Source: Tubiluchus corallicola (Eukaryota; Animalia; Priapulida). Taken from it: 64,000 nt of DNA. Positions 23,843 through 37,739 of this stretch are shown here, piece by piece. Each line of letters begins with the position of its first letter. Position 1 is the stretch's first letter. The translations under genes and the position numbers were made by a program. The stretch spans positions 192,346 through 256,345 of the forward strand of contig JAQGDQ010000338.1 in NCBI GenBank assembly GCA_030141605.1. The letters are read 5' to 3'. The notes under the pieces are model-generated. The model made no database searches. It was not told the origin of the DNA and saw only the letters and a program-made list of their open reading frames with translations.

Positions 23843-26125
23843 ATTTTACCCACGCAGCTCATTGTCCAACTTACAATATCAGACATCGTTTTTACCCATG
23901 CAGCTCATTGTCCAACTCACAATATCAGACATTGTTTTTACCCTTGCAGCTCATTGTCCAACTTACAATATCAGACATCGTTTTTACCCACTCGGCTCAC
24001 TGTCCAACTTACAATATCAGACATCGTTTTTACCCTTGCAGCTCATTGTCCAACTTACAATATCAGACATCGTTTTTACCCACTCGGCTCACTGTCCAAC
24101 TTACAATATCAGACATCGTTTTTACCCACGCAGCTCATTGTCCAACTTACAATATCAGACATCGTTTTTACCCACGCAGCTCATTGTCCAACTTACAACA
24201 TCAGACATCGTTTTTGCCTATGCAGCTCATTGTCCAACTTACAATATCAGACATCGTTTTTACCCATGCAGCTCATTGTCCAACTTACAATATCAGACAT
24301 CGTTTTTACCCACGCAGCTCATTGTCCAACTCACAATATCAGGCATCGTTTTTACCCATGCAGCGCATTGTCCAACTCACAATATCAGACATCGTTTTTA
24401 CCCATGCAGCTCATTGTCCAACTTACAATATCAGACATCGTATTTACCCATGCAGCTCATTGTCCAACTCACAATATCAGACGTTGTTTTTACCCTTGCA
24501 GCTCATTGTCCAACTTACAATATCAGACATCGTTTTTACCCACTCGGCTCACTGTCCAACTTACAATATCAGACATCGTTTTTACCCTTGCAGCTCATTG
24601 TCCAACTTACAATATCAGACATCGTTTTTACCCACTCGGCTCACTGTCCAACTTACAATATCAGACATCGTTTTTACCCACGCAGCTCATTGTCCAACTT
24701 ACAATATCAGACATCGTTTTTACCCACGCAGCTCATTGTCCAACTTACAACATCAGACATCGTTTTTACCCATGCAGCTCATTGTCCAACTTACAATATC
24801 AGACATCGTTTTTACCCATGCAGCTCATTGTCCAACTTACAATATCAGACATCGTTTTTACCCACGCAGCTCATTGTCCAACTTACAATATCAGACATCG
24901 TTTTTACCCATGCAGCTCATTGTCCACCTTACAATATCAGACATCGTTTTTACCCATGCAGCTCATTGTCCAACTTACAATATCAGACATCGTTTTTACC
25001 CATGCAGCTCATTGTCCAACTCACAATATCAGACATTGTTTTTACCCTTGCAGCTCATTGTCCAACTTACAATATCAGACATCGTTTTTACCCTTGCAGC
25101 TCATTGTCCAACTTACAATATCAGACATCGTTTTTACCCACGCAGCTCATTGTCCAACTTACAATATCAGACATCGTTTTTACCCATGCAGCTCATTGTC
25201 CAACTAACAATATCAGACATCGTTTTTACCCACTCGGCTCACTGTCCAACTTACAATATCAGACATCGTTTTTACCTTTGCAGCTCATTGTCCAACTTAC
25301 AATATCAGACATCGTTTTTACCCACGCAGCTCATTGTCCAACTTACAATATCAGACATCGTTTTTACCCATGCAGCTCATTGTCCAACTAATAATATCAG
25401 ACATTGTTTTTACCACTTGCAGCGCATTGTCCAACTAATAATATGAGACATCATTTTTACCACTTGCAGCGCATTGTCCAACTAATAATATCAGACATCG
25501 TTTTTACCCACGCAGCTCATTGTCCAACTTACAATATCAGACATCGTTTTTACCCATCCAGCTCATTGTCAAACTTACAATATCAGACATCGTTTTTACC
25601 ACTTGCAGCTCATTGTCCACCTTACAATATCAGACATCGTTTTTACCCTTGCAGCTCATTGTCCAACTTACAATATCAGACATCGTTTTTACCCATGCAG
25701 CTCATTGTCCAACTTACAATATCAGACATCGTTTTTACCCATGCAGCTCATTGTCCAACTTACAATATCAGACATCGTTTTTACCACTTGCAGCGCATTG
25801 TCCAGCTAACAATATCAGACATCGTTTTTTCCACTTGCAGCGCATTGTCCAACTTACAATATCAGACATCGTTTTTACCCATGCAGCTCATTGTCCAACT
25901 TACAATATCAGACATCGTTTTTACCCATGCAGCTCATTGTCAAACTTACAATATCAGACATCGTTTTTACCACTTGCAGCGCATTGTCCAGCTAACAATA
26001 TCAGACATCGTTTTTTCCACTTGCAGCGCATTGTCCAACTTACAATATCAGACATCGTTTTTACCCATGCAGCTCATTGTCCAACTAACAATATCTGACA
26101 TTGTTTTTACCCATGCAGCGCATTG
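23843..26125. repeat. 46-bp satellite, ~49 copies
   Basis: Unit tttttacccatgcagctcattgtccaacttacaatatcagacatcg; 47-bp variants toward the right end. Confidence 0.97.
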
Positions 26126-26560
26126 CATTTTAGTATCAAACAAAAATGGGTTTCATGGCATTTAACCAACGCAGTTTCACAAATTTCAATTTAATATCGG
26201 TTTTATTGCATTCACAAAGAGTTTACAGCAGCTTTACGTAGCTCGTTCTCCACAGTTGCTACACTCGTTTTATTGAGTGTATTAACTCGTTCCCGATGAA
26301 ATATACTGGTAATCGCTAATAATTAAATAATTACAACAAAGTTATCAGCGCGTGCATCAGCCAGTCAGCGCCACGAAGCTCTCCAGTTATAAACGGCGTG
26401 TCTCCCCAGTCAATGGCGTCGTACTGTTCAATTATGAACTGCGAACATCTTAAATTATGAACAAAATAAATAAAAAACAAACAAAAGAAGCTGGTTGTCC
26501 CGGGTTATGGGTAACTCGTACATGTGGAGCCCCTATAAGCTCGAACATCCAAATTTTTTT

Positions 26561-27636
26561 AGCTCGTTCTCTCCAGTTATTAACTTGTTCTCCCCAGTTA
26601 TTAACTTGTTCTCCCCAGTTATTAACTTGTTCTCCCCAGTTATTAACTCGTTCTCCCCAGTTATTAACTCGTTCTCCCCAGTTATTAACTCGTTCTCCCC
26701 AGTTATTAACTCTTTCTCCCCAGTTATTAACTTGTTCTCCCCAGTTATTAACTTGTTCTCCCCAGTTATTAACTCGTTCTCCCCAGTTATTAACTTGTTC
26801 TCCCCAGTTATTAACTTGTTCTCCCCAGTTATTAACCCGTTCTCCCCAGTTATTAACTTGTTCTCCCCAGTTATTAACTCGTTCTCCCCAGTTATTAACT
26901 CGTTCTCCCCAGTTATTAACTTGTTCTCCCCAGTTATTAACTTGTTCTCCCCAGTTATTAACTTGTTCTCCCCAGTTATTAACTTGTTCTCCCCAGTTAT
27001 TAACTCGTTCTCCCCAGTTATTAACTTGTTCTCCCCAGTTATTAACTCGTTCTCCCCAGTTATTAACTCGTTCTCCCCAGTTATTAACTCGTTCTCCCCA
27101 GTTATTAACTCGTTCTCCCCAGTTATTAACTCGTTCTCCCCAGTTATTAAGCTTGTTCTCCCCAGTTATTAACTCGTTCTCCCCAGTTATTAACTCGTTC
27201 TCCCCAGTTATTAACTCGTTCTCCCGAGCTATTAACTCGTTCTCCCCAGTTATTAACTCGTTCTTCCCAGTTATTAACTCGTTCTCCCCAGTTATTAACT
27301 CGTTCTCCCCAGTTATTAACTCGTTCTCCCCAGTTATTAACTCGTTTTCCCGAGCTATTAACTCGTTCTCCCCAGTTATTAACTCGTTCTCCCCAGTTAT
27401 TAACTCGTTCTCCCCAGTTATTAACTCGTTCTCCCCAGGTATTAACTCGTTTTCGCCGAGCTATTAACTCGTTCTCCCCAGTTATTAACTCGTTCTACCC
27501 AGTTATTAACTCGTTCTCCCCAGTTGTTAACTCGTTCTCCCGAGCTATTAACTCGTTCCCCCGAGTTACTAAGTCGCTCCACAAGGTTGTTAACTCGTTC
27601 CCCCGAGTTACTAAGTCCTTCTCCCCAGTTATTAAC
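26561..27636. repeat. 21-bp minisatellite, ~50 copies
   Basis: Unit ttaactcgttctccccagtta; degenerate units at 26240-26410 and at the right edge. Confidence 0.97.
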
Positions 27637-27669
27637 TGTGTTTTGAGACTTTTAAGAAGGAAAAATTAC

Positions 27670-28032
27670 AAACATCTCAAATTGTAAAAGATCTACTGTT
27701 TGTCTCAGATGTTTCTGGTGTAAGTTTCCAGTTAGAAAGTTATCCCATTTGTCTGGTCAGTCAGCAGGTAGCAACCGACAGTAGCAGGAAGTCGACGGCT
27801 CTTGGGAAGCAACCGAATATAACACTTTTAAAGTAATTGGGAAGCAATCCCTTATGTGACAGTCAGTGCTTGTCGGGTGGTAAGCTGACCTCTTTACAGC
27901 GAGTGTTCGACTTCCTACCACATTCGTTGCTACCCACTGACTGACCAGACAAACTGGCTAACTTTCTAGATGCAAACTTACCTCAGAAGAATTCTGAAAC
28001 AGACAGTAGACCTTTTACAATGTGAAATATTT
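27670..28032. mobile_element. Old foldback/MITE-like imperfect inverted repeat, ~130-bp arms
   Basis: ttgtaaaagatctactgtttgtctcaga...tttgtctggtcagtcag...aggaagtcga mirrored at 27905-28022. Confidence 0.75.
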
Positions 28033-28886
28033 ATTTGCCTAGCGGACAAACCAACCAATGAACTCCAGTGAATTACGGTTAATTAGCCATTGAATCCTGA
28101 GTGAATCAATCCTGATTAATCTTTTGACATTTCTATTGCAAAATGGATTTGCGCATGCGCCAAGTGTAGGAGGTCATTACACGTACAACAAGCATCACAA
28201 ACACCTTTGTTCATTACAAAGAAATAATCCAAAGCTTTGTACTATAATATTCCCCAAGCTACTCCATAAGATTACAAATAACCATGATGGGGAGGCGGCT
28301 GGCATGTCCGCTGCCTCCTTTGAAAACAACGTGAAAGGGCAATGACAGAAAAACGAAAACGGTTTTCTTTTCACTAACAACAGTAAAGCCTCTTGCGTCA
28401 GCCTGTAGCAGAAAAAAACATCAGCATAAATATTAGGTAAAGTGCTTATGACTGCGGCAACAACAATGATGACGACGTCGACAGTGACATCACTAGGAAT
28501 ACCCTCCTTTAAAAAGCTACTGTTTCTCATGCTTCTATCCCGGACAATTTTGGAAACAGGATAATCACTTAAAGACTGACTTATGTTTTTTCCATCGGGC
28601 CACTTCTCTGCGAAACTTTTTCACCAAAATTTGGTCATTTACTTGCATCAAGAAAGTTATCAACAGATATTTCGTATCATCATCAAATCCGTTATAAACC
28701 GTATACTCGGTTTCTAACTACCCTCAATACCATGACAGGCCACTGACTTATTTTGGGGCAATGTGTAAACTGCAACTGGCTGCACTGTACGCCATACATG
28801 GGAATTTTTTTATTCACATAGGATTTAAGAGGGAATCGGGTCAAAGTCGTTAAAAGGTCACGTTCTTTAATGGTCAGTCTGTGTGC

Positions 28887-29388
28887 TTCTTCTTCTTCTT
28901 CCCAGCTTTTCCCTATGCGGGGTCACCGTTGTGAATAAGTTTTCTCCATGCATTCCTGTTGTTGACCATCTCTTCATTTATGTTCTTCTCTCTAAGGTCT
29001 CCGTTTATGCATTTTAACCATCTCAGCTTGCATCCCATATATTAGGGCGGGCCTGACCACTACTTTGTGAACTTTACCTTTAAGTCTCGCTGGAATCCTC
29101 TTATCGCACATCACACCCGAAACTTTTCGCCAGTTATTCCAACCACACTGAATCCTGAAATTCACCTCCTTTTCCATTCCTGCAGTCTCATCTATCATTG
29201 AACCCAGATACTTAAACGTCTTTACTCTTTTCAACTGTGCCCCGTTCAATCTTATTGTTTCTCGTTGATCCCCATTCATGTCTGTCGTAAGATACTCCGT
29301 TTTGGATCTACTAATCCTCATTCCTCTGCTCTCCAAAGCGGCTCTCCATGCTTCTAATTTTCCTTCCAGTGTTTCTCTACTCTCAGCC
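28887..29388 (-). mobile_element. RTE-clade LINE 3' fragment with internal deletion
   Basis: LEAWRAALESRGMRISRSKTEYL...FKYLGS...LKGKVHKVVVRPALIYG; (GAA)n tail; 18-bp TSD aatggtcagtctgtgtgc at 28869-28886 and 29389-29406. Confidence 0.92.
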
Positions 29389-29512
29389 AATGGTCAGTCT
29401 GTGTGCAAATGAGACAAATGTTAGAATGAACTCAATGAGTTTGAAAAAAGATTTCAGGGTCAAAGAAGCTTAGCCATTTACATGATAAAGTGATTTAAAA
29501 GTACTGTCACTA

Positions 29513-29723
29513 TGACCTTGACCATGATTTTATCTTTGACGTTATCCTTGACGTTAACCTTGACTTGACCTTGACCATGATTTTATCATTGACTTGACCT
29601 TGAACATGATTTTAACCTTGACGTTAACCTTGACTTGACCTTGACCATGATTTTATCCTTGACGTTAACCTTGACTTGACCTTGACCATGATTTTATCAT
29701 TGACGTTAACCTTGACTTGACCT
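29513..29723. repeat. Degenerate TGACCTTGA-rich tandem repeat (~46 bp)
   Basis: ttgaccttgaccatgattttatc.ttgacgttaaccttgac repeated ~4-5 times. Confidence 0.8.
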
Positions 29724-32700
29724 ATGAGCCTAAGGTCTTATTTTGTGGGCCTTTCAAATATCTTCCATTACGTCACGAAAGTCAGTGAGGCCAAGTCAAA
29801 CTCGTGAGTACGTAAGCAATACCAGAAGCAAGGAGTGATTAACCTTGGCATTCTTGACCTGGCCATGACCTTTAGCTTTAATGTTGAAAACTAGAGAAAA
29901 TATGTGGGCGGAGCTACAGATGAGCTATCTTCACATTAATTTGACAAATTAACTGATTATCATATACCTATAGCGGGCAGCGCTAGCAATGTGGGATATC
30001 TTCCTACTTGCTAGAGAAAGTCACCAACAGTTTTCACTGCGCTTATGCATTGCTGGCCCAACGTCCGAGGTTCCTGTCCAATATATTTTATTTATGTATT
30101 ACAAGTTAACTTTATTAATTTCAAGTGAATTTACAGCCAATTCTTGTCCAATATAGACAACTGCATTCCTGCTTTGCTGAGATAATGGTATGTGTAGCAA
30201 CTACATAATGAATCTCAAATCTAATTGAATCCCATTATAATGCGAAATCTCGAAAAAAGAGGGAAAATGCACAAATTTGCATTTACTGCACACCCTTAGT
30301 TACATTATTGTATTATTGCAAGCACGTGATATTGACAAAATTTCGCAGAATTCATAATGCAACCGCAGCAGCAGCCTATAAAACCTCTTTCTTTCAAACC
30401 TTCTACATTTCTTGATAATAGAGAAACAAATTAGAAATCACATACTACGTGGGACATTCGCGCATAATCGATATCCTAGCTCACCGCCTCCTGGTTCCAA
30501 TACCGTCCAACCACTTCGATGGTTCGCACTTCATCTTGTACCTCTTCGTTGTGTATTGCATCGCCAAGTATTAGAGCATAATATCACGACCCTTTTTCTC
30601 GATAGACTGATCGTATAGTTTTATCTAGCCGTTTCGAGTGATCATGAATTGCATCTATAGATTGTATAGATTTTATAGATTCGCTTCCCGTTCGCTATAA
30701 GGTGATTCTGTCACCTGACTCCGAGGGCTTTAGTTCAGTCTATCAGGCAATGATGATGTCCTTCAAGACTTTCACTTCGACCTTGCATTGTGAGTGGAGG
30801 TGTTCTTCCCTCAAGTTATCGAGCGTAGCTCCCGCAATTGAGCTTTGTTTAGTACAATGCGAATCTCTCAAGTTCGTATCTTGGATTTAGTGTTGCTTTA
30901 CTTTGAACGCTCTTAATCATACAAGAACTCGTTATCTACGTTGCCACAGTGAATAGAATTTATTCAATTACAGAATACACGTTATCTAGTCTGGTTTGCT
31001 TTACAAGATTTGTCCTTATACGCTGGTGAGCGCTTACAATTAGTGTATAGCTCCAGAGAAGATGCTCATTCACTTTAATTGACAACGATTCAGTATGCTG
31101 CACCTATGGTGCTTAATACAATGTGAAACTACAGTTATGCAGAGTTACTCTCAGATACAAATATGTTAAGTACACTTAACTTGTGGATTGACCAATGTAC
31201 CCCTACACTTGGTCAACTCCAGATAGCTTAACGAGACTCTCGTTGATCCAGTGCCCAGTCTATGGCTGAGAACGCAGACTCCTCTACGCTGGTGTCAAAC
31301 AATGTTCCTCTCTTCTAGAAGGCTGTCTCGGACACACTACAGTAGCAATCTCTGTCAGACTCTCTCCCTCGATGTGCGTGTGTGCGGTTCACTCACGTCA
31401 CCCCTCGTGTGTGTCTTCTCTAGGCTAAAACTAGAGCTTATATCTCGGAGAGCTGACCTTGCTAAAGATTGTACCATATGGCAACATCTAGCAACACCTG
31501 TGGCAGATGACACCACCCGCCATGAGATTTCTGATTTTACAGTCAGCAAGGTGTTCCTTCGAATTCTTTCGCTCTGTGAGATTCTCTTTCCGTCGTCGGC
31601 AAATCTTCAGATTTCTCTCTTCTAATGTCGCTGAGCACTGATAGAGACATTGGTGACGATCATAAAGTCACCTCTATGCGACATCTGCATCGCTACTGAC
31701 CTTCTATTAACTAACTGTAACTCTGCATGTGGCTATTCAAGACAATAGTGTCTTCTCTTAAACAAGACACCTGTGTTCCTACAATTTCTCTAACATATGC
31801 AATAATTTGCATTGCATTAAATCCGTACTTACCAGCTGGGTGAGTTTCTCTGTCTACCAAATAAATTTATCTTATGAAAATCAGGGAGGCATGAGATTTA
31901 TCAACTGAATCTAATTCAGCTGATAACTCCATTAATTTACTACCAAAATACCGATTTATAAATTTATTCACAACAATAATGTACAACGAGGTAGTACATT
32001 AGAAGGCGGTACACTGTGAGGTAGTACATGTCACGGCGGCACGAGGCTCTCTGGTACAGAGTGACGCCACAATTCACGACTAGACGGTCCACGAGGAAGT
32101 CGAGAGAGCGCCAGTGTCGCACGTAGTGTTTAACTAATATTAGAGCGAAAGTTTCTCAAGGTTATAATTCTCAAAAGCTTGTTGAAAGTGCATCCATTTA
32201 CTTTATAAGCTTAATGTAAGAATGATGTACATAACGTAAGAATAAATCCTTTCTTTCAAGCGCCGACAGGTTTTTGTGATTAAATGCAAAAAAACCTTTT
32301 CTGGTTAACACAAGCCCACCGAGGGATTAATATAAAGTCTGTATTTGCTTAGTAATACACAGGAGAATAAAACGTGCAGGCAGATTAATCAGCAAGAGTG
32401 GAAATCAACCCAGAGCAATAATCAGGAAGTCTTTACCACAAACAGCTTCTCAAATAACTCACTTAGTGAAGGTAAAATTTACGAGAATTAATAGAACGCC
32501 GTCAAAGCGAGGAAATTTACAGCAATTTGTCGAAATTCGGATGTCGTATTTCACGCGAAAATCCCTAAAATCCGAATGTGATGATCGAGAAATCCGACCT
32601 TTCCGATTCTTGTTTCAGCTTTTGCAATTATTACTTCTGCACAGGCAGCCTAGCCAAGTTCATCTAGTGATGACAAAGCTAATAGAGTAGGAGGCAGAGT

Positions 32701-33254
32701 AACATGGGAGAGAAAATTTTCTGTCATTACAGCCAAATACTAACAAACTTCTAGTCATCGAGTGAGATTTAGAGATTTGAGACGGATGAAGCAATGTTCT
32801 GCCATGTGAAATTATATAAGGCCATGCAAGGTCATGCAATGCAATACAATGCAATGCAGTGCAGTGCGGCGTGCAGCCTGTGCATCGCAATACAATGCAA
32901 TGTAACGCCATGCAGTGCAACATGATGCAATGTAATAAAGTGGAATGTAATGTATTGCATTGCAGCACAATGATTAACAAATGACAATTATAAAATATCT
33001 AACTCGTAGCCAGAGCAATGCAATGTAATGCAATGCAGTGCAGTGCAATGCAACACGATGCAATAATGTGGAGTGTAACGCATCGCATCACAGTGCAATG
33101 CTTAACAATTGATTAATTTAGGCATGCTTCGGTCTGTAGTGCAATACCATTTTATTTAAATGCGGAACCACTTAAATTTTGCTGTTCATGTCGTATTTTA
33201 GTTTAGTAAGACGCAGTGAGCACAGGCATACCCAGATAATACGATGCTCTAAGT

Positions 33255-33735
33255 CAGGGGTGTGCAAATTGCGGCCCGCCGAGAGAATTTGTGCGGCCCG
33301 CGAAAAGATTTGTCAACGTAATGAAAGTGCGGCCCGGGCGATTAATTGAGTGTATCCAGCTGAAGTCCGTGCCACGATCCGAAAGATAGTGCGGGTAGTT
33401 TTTTCTACTAGATCGGATGCCATTAACCTTTACGAGACGGTTGTAGCTTAATAACACTGTACTACACAGACTGTGTGATACACATTACTAACATGCATTG
33501 TAATGAAATTACCACTATCTGTCCTGAAAGTAGAAATATATGGTTGGTAATATAAGTTTTAATAACTTCTAAAATAGTTTCTTGAGTGTAGTAGTAATGA
33601 CGTACGCAGGTCGGATGCAAAAAATCGTTATTAGGCCTTTCTGTACTTGGCTCCTTGATCAAACTGCCTGTGGCCGGCAGGAATTGCGGGAAAGTTTAAT
33701 GTGGCCCGGCTAGTCAGATAATTTGCACACCCCTG
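33255..33735. mobile_element. hAT (Charlie-like) MITE
   Basis: TIR CAGGGGTGTGCAAATT / AATTTGCACACCCCTG; 8-bp TSD ctctaagt/ctctaagg; subterminal GCGGCCCG motifs. Confidence 0.9.
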
Positions 33736-34235
33736 CTCTAAGGTCTCAGTTCACTCCCAGCTATCTCTATTAAAGATTTTTGGTTATCTATATATGAGAG
33801 CCACCTCACTGCTATTTTTTGTTGTTTCTTAATTTGATATTTTGCATAGCGCTTATGTTTGTAGTTTAGTACTTTTTATGAAATGTATTTGCCTGCTGTA
33901 TAGCTCTTATACAAAAGCGGACACTTAACTGCTTGTGGTGTGTTATAAAATACGTACTTAGATGAATAGGAAAGGATACGCATTTTCCGTGCAGAATAAA
34001 AATTTTGAACACACTAGGTTCCTAAACTCTGGCGCTCCTCAAAATTTGGCACACTAGTCTGCAGCCTGGATACGCCCCTGGCAGTAATTGATGATACTGA
34101 TGATGATGATGATAATAAGTTTTTATTAGCTCTTTTTGTAGACAAAAATTTCAGTGCAAATATTAGGCAATTTTACATAGACACTAGAGTAATTTCTGTA
34201 ATTATCTTTTTTAATTTGTGCGTATAAAATTATTT

Positions 34236-34718
34236 GGTTGGCATCCTTCTGTCTGGGAAGACAACGGAGTGTGCGCCAAGAGAGTCAGTTATTGATCACA
34301 TTGATGGAGCTGCAGCGTCGACTGTGGCTGAGCAGTGCGATCCTTGAACGTCTCCAGGGCGCACGCCTGGGCAAGGTGTATGGAGATCCTGAGTTGTCCA
34401 GACAACAGGCACCAGGTTGACTACAGGAGCTGCCGGAGTCAGTGAGCATGCTGCACTGGTCCGCCTTCGGGGCTCCACTCCTGATTTGGAAGGTTTACTC
34501 CTCTACACACGGCCGTTGGATCACTTGACCTCCTCCGCCCTCTAGCCGTTGGCTACTTCTGCAGCTCCGCCTAGTGTTGAGATACAGTGTCGACATCCCG
34601 CAAGCCTACAGCACCTGGTATTCCTAGGCGGTCACCCATCCAAGTACTAACCAGGCTCTACGTTGCTTAACTTCGCTGATCAGACGAGAACCGGTGTTTT
34701 CAACGTGATTTGGCCGTA
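34236..34718 (-). mobile_element. 5S/RTE SINE copy 2 with 56-bp internal deletion
   Basis: Reverse complement of 12246-12790; TSD gtataa(a/c)attattt at 34222-34235 and 34719-34732; tail reads SRIALLSHSRRCSSINVINN*. Confidence 0.9.
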
Positions 34719-35184
34719 GTATAACATTATTTACAATGATGTTAAACAAGTAACAAGCAGGATTGCACAACTTTTTTCCTGGATCTAGTGTCTACCACAA
34801 CTATTCATGTTTTACACTATCACAGAGACTCAGATTGGGGCCCATTTGAAATTCAATTCGATCCAGGCTACTTCCTGAATTAGTTTGCTGAAAGATTCGC
34901 CGTTGGAATGACAGCAACTAATCGTCTTGTTTTCTGAAGTAAAACGTGGCAGGAAGACAGGTCATTTCCTGATCATTGTTGGCTTAGAAAACGTCTTAAT
35001 TGCTTAGTCGCAACATCGTCAAGGAAAATAGAGAGCGCGGAAACAATTTGCCAAGTTTTCTAAAGATTTGCTTGTCGGTTTTTTTGTCTTCAATATCCTT
35101 TTCCCAGCGTGTCAAGACACAACACGCAAGAACGCGTGAAAAAGAGTTGCCTTATTGCCTTAAAATTTGTCCATTCCATTCAAA

Positions 35185-35600
35185 ATAGTGCTCGGAAGTG
35201 GTGCTGACAAGCCACTGGCGTAGCTGTGTCTAGTTTTTTTGCTGGATTACTGCTGCGTTTACCTGTCTGAAGGCAGATTTCTTTTATTTTAGAATTCTGC
35301 CTGCCCAATGTCTGCAATAGACGTGACGGGCGTATGATGATGATGATGATGATTCAAGATAGTTCTCGGAAGTGGTGCTGACAAGCCACTGGCGTAACAG
35401 TGTCTAGTTTAGTTTTTTTGCTGGATTACTGCTGCGTTTGCCTGTCTGAAGGCAGATTTCTTTTATTTTAGAATTCTGCCTGCCCAATGTCTGCAATAGA
35501 CGTGACGGGCGTATGATGATGATGATGATGATGATCCAACGTAGTGCTCGGAAGTGGTGCTGACAAGCCACTGGCATAGCAGTGTCCGTCTAGTTTTTAC
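35185..35600 (+). repeat. ~175-bp tandem repeat (2.4 copies) with (GAT)n-tailed units
   Basis: tcggaagtggtgctgacaagccactggc recurs three times; partial dispersed copy at ~38250-38345. Confidence 0.85.
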
Positions 35601-36309
35601 TGGAAGGCCAAATCTTCTGGAAAGTCTGGCTTATTTCAATATTCGCGAAAAATGTTAGAAAGATTTAATAATGAAACTGCAATAAGCGCCTCGTGTAACT
35701 AGTAAAATCCACGATTGCTGGGGTTGTTGTCATTTTCAGTGCCAGTTCTTCTTCCAATGACGTCATTCGTCCCGAAGAAAAACAGCGTAGTGTCAATCTT
35801 CATCAGAAGTATAAAATAATGAAATAGCTAATTTATTTAAAACTGTAGTGTGGACAAAGATGGTGGAGCCCTCTATAGCTAAAAATAAGAGTACACTGGT
35901 TAATTGCTTCTATGATATGATTGTCAGTCCTGTGAAATGCAAGTTAGGGCTTATGATTAAATTTTCTTTTTTAATTAATATGTCTATCTTACACTGATGT
36001 TTATCGCTTACATGATGTGACGTCCTTAAAAGTAAACGTGATCGCTCATAACGAGGTGCCTAATTATATGTGCAATTTCTCAGAAAGGAACTAGTGTTGC
36101 TTTGATTTCTTACACCCATGGTCGTCAATATTAACAGTGCAATCGATTTAATCATAGACCAAGCACTGAAGGTACGTACTACGCAATAAGGGTTTCTATT
36201 CTGGCAAAAAGATTATTAATTATTTTATTAACATCTTTCTACAGACAATGGGTATAACCTGTGGTACATCTCATGTATGCGTTGTACAGACATTTCAGGA
36301 TATTGTAAA

Positions 36310-37101
36310 TGTGATATGATTGTGGTATGATATGATGTGATGTGAAATGATATGATGGATATCATATGATATGATATGATATGATATGATATGATATGAT
36401 ATGATATGATATGATATGATATGATATGATATGATATGATATATGATATGATATGATATGATATGATATGATATGATATATGATATGATATGATATGATA
36501 TGATATGATATGAGATATGATATGATATGATATGATATGATATGATATGATATGATATGATATGATATGATATGATATGATATGATATGATATGATATGA
36601 TATGATATGATATGATATGATATGATATGATATGATATGATATGATATGACGCGATGCGACGCGACGCGATGCGACGCGACGTGATGTGATGTGATGTGA
36701 TGTGAAATGATATGATGGATATGATATGATATGATGTGATGTGATGTGATGTGACGTGACGTGACGTGACGTGACGTGACGTGACACGACACGACACGAC
36801 ACGACACGACACGACACGATGTGATGTGATGTGATGTGAAATGAATATATGATATCATATGATATGATATGACATGACATGACATGACATGACATGACAC
36901 GACACGACACGACACGACACGACACGACACGACACGACACCACACCACACCACACCACACCACACCACACCACACCACACCACACCACACCACACCACAC
37001 CACACCACACCACACCACACCACACCACACCACACCACACGACACGACACGACACGACACGACACGACACGACACGACACGACACGACATGATATGATAT
37101 C
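36310..37101. repeat. Compound pentanucleotide microsatellite (ATATG, ACGCG, ATGTG, ACGTG, ACACG, ACATG, ACACC)
   Basis: Read directly. Confidence 0.97.
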
Positions 37102-37739
37102 AAACTCCAGAGAGTAGAAGTTTATTCCACCTGTGAGACAGGCGCATAGTAATTTTGTGCCATCGACTCTGATCTCTTAACTCCCCATGTTTGCGCTAAT
37201 GTGCTTTTGCTTAGCTTGTAAAGCTATATGGCTTTCAAGAATCAATGACTGACTGCCTGACCAAGCTCTCGAGTATTGGCCAAACAATTTAATCTTTATT
37301 AATTAATAATAAAGTACGTCAAGTGACAGACCGCCATTGATTCTTAAAATGCGCATCTTCTTGGGATTGTGAATGAATTATTAAAAATGGCTTAGCCGTT
37401 ACAATATTGCTTGTTCACACTATTTGTTCGCACTATTTGTTCACACCACTGTGTGAACAAGTATACTTAAGATGAATTTTTGTCATGGTGAGGGTTTTCG
37501 AAAAACACAACAGAACATGAGTAAGCTGCAGAAATTTTAATTACTTTAAATAGACGCGCTTACGGAAAGCCCCGATGCATTTACAGAACGACACGAAACC
37601 TCCCAGTTACGTCATAATTTTTAAGTGAAATGACGGCAACCACTCCGCCTGAAAAATTTCATTCAGAGGTACTAATTTTAAATTTATGCTTTATAAGTAG
37701 TTCTTTGTAAATTTCATTAATATGTTTTTCTAAGTTTAA

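Noticed and set aside
23722-27467. Long ORFs in the 46-bp and 21-bp arrays (also 46110-47866)
   Set aside because: Open in several frames only because the unit lacks stops; no coding context
29513-29723. Cluster of nuclear-receptor half-sites (TGACCT); also CRE palindromes at 49400 and 49541
   Set aside because: Multiplicity results from tandem duplication; no evidence of regulatory use
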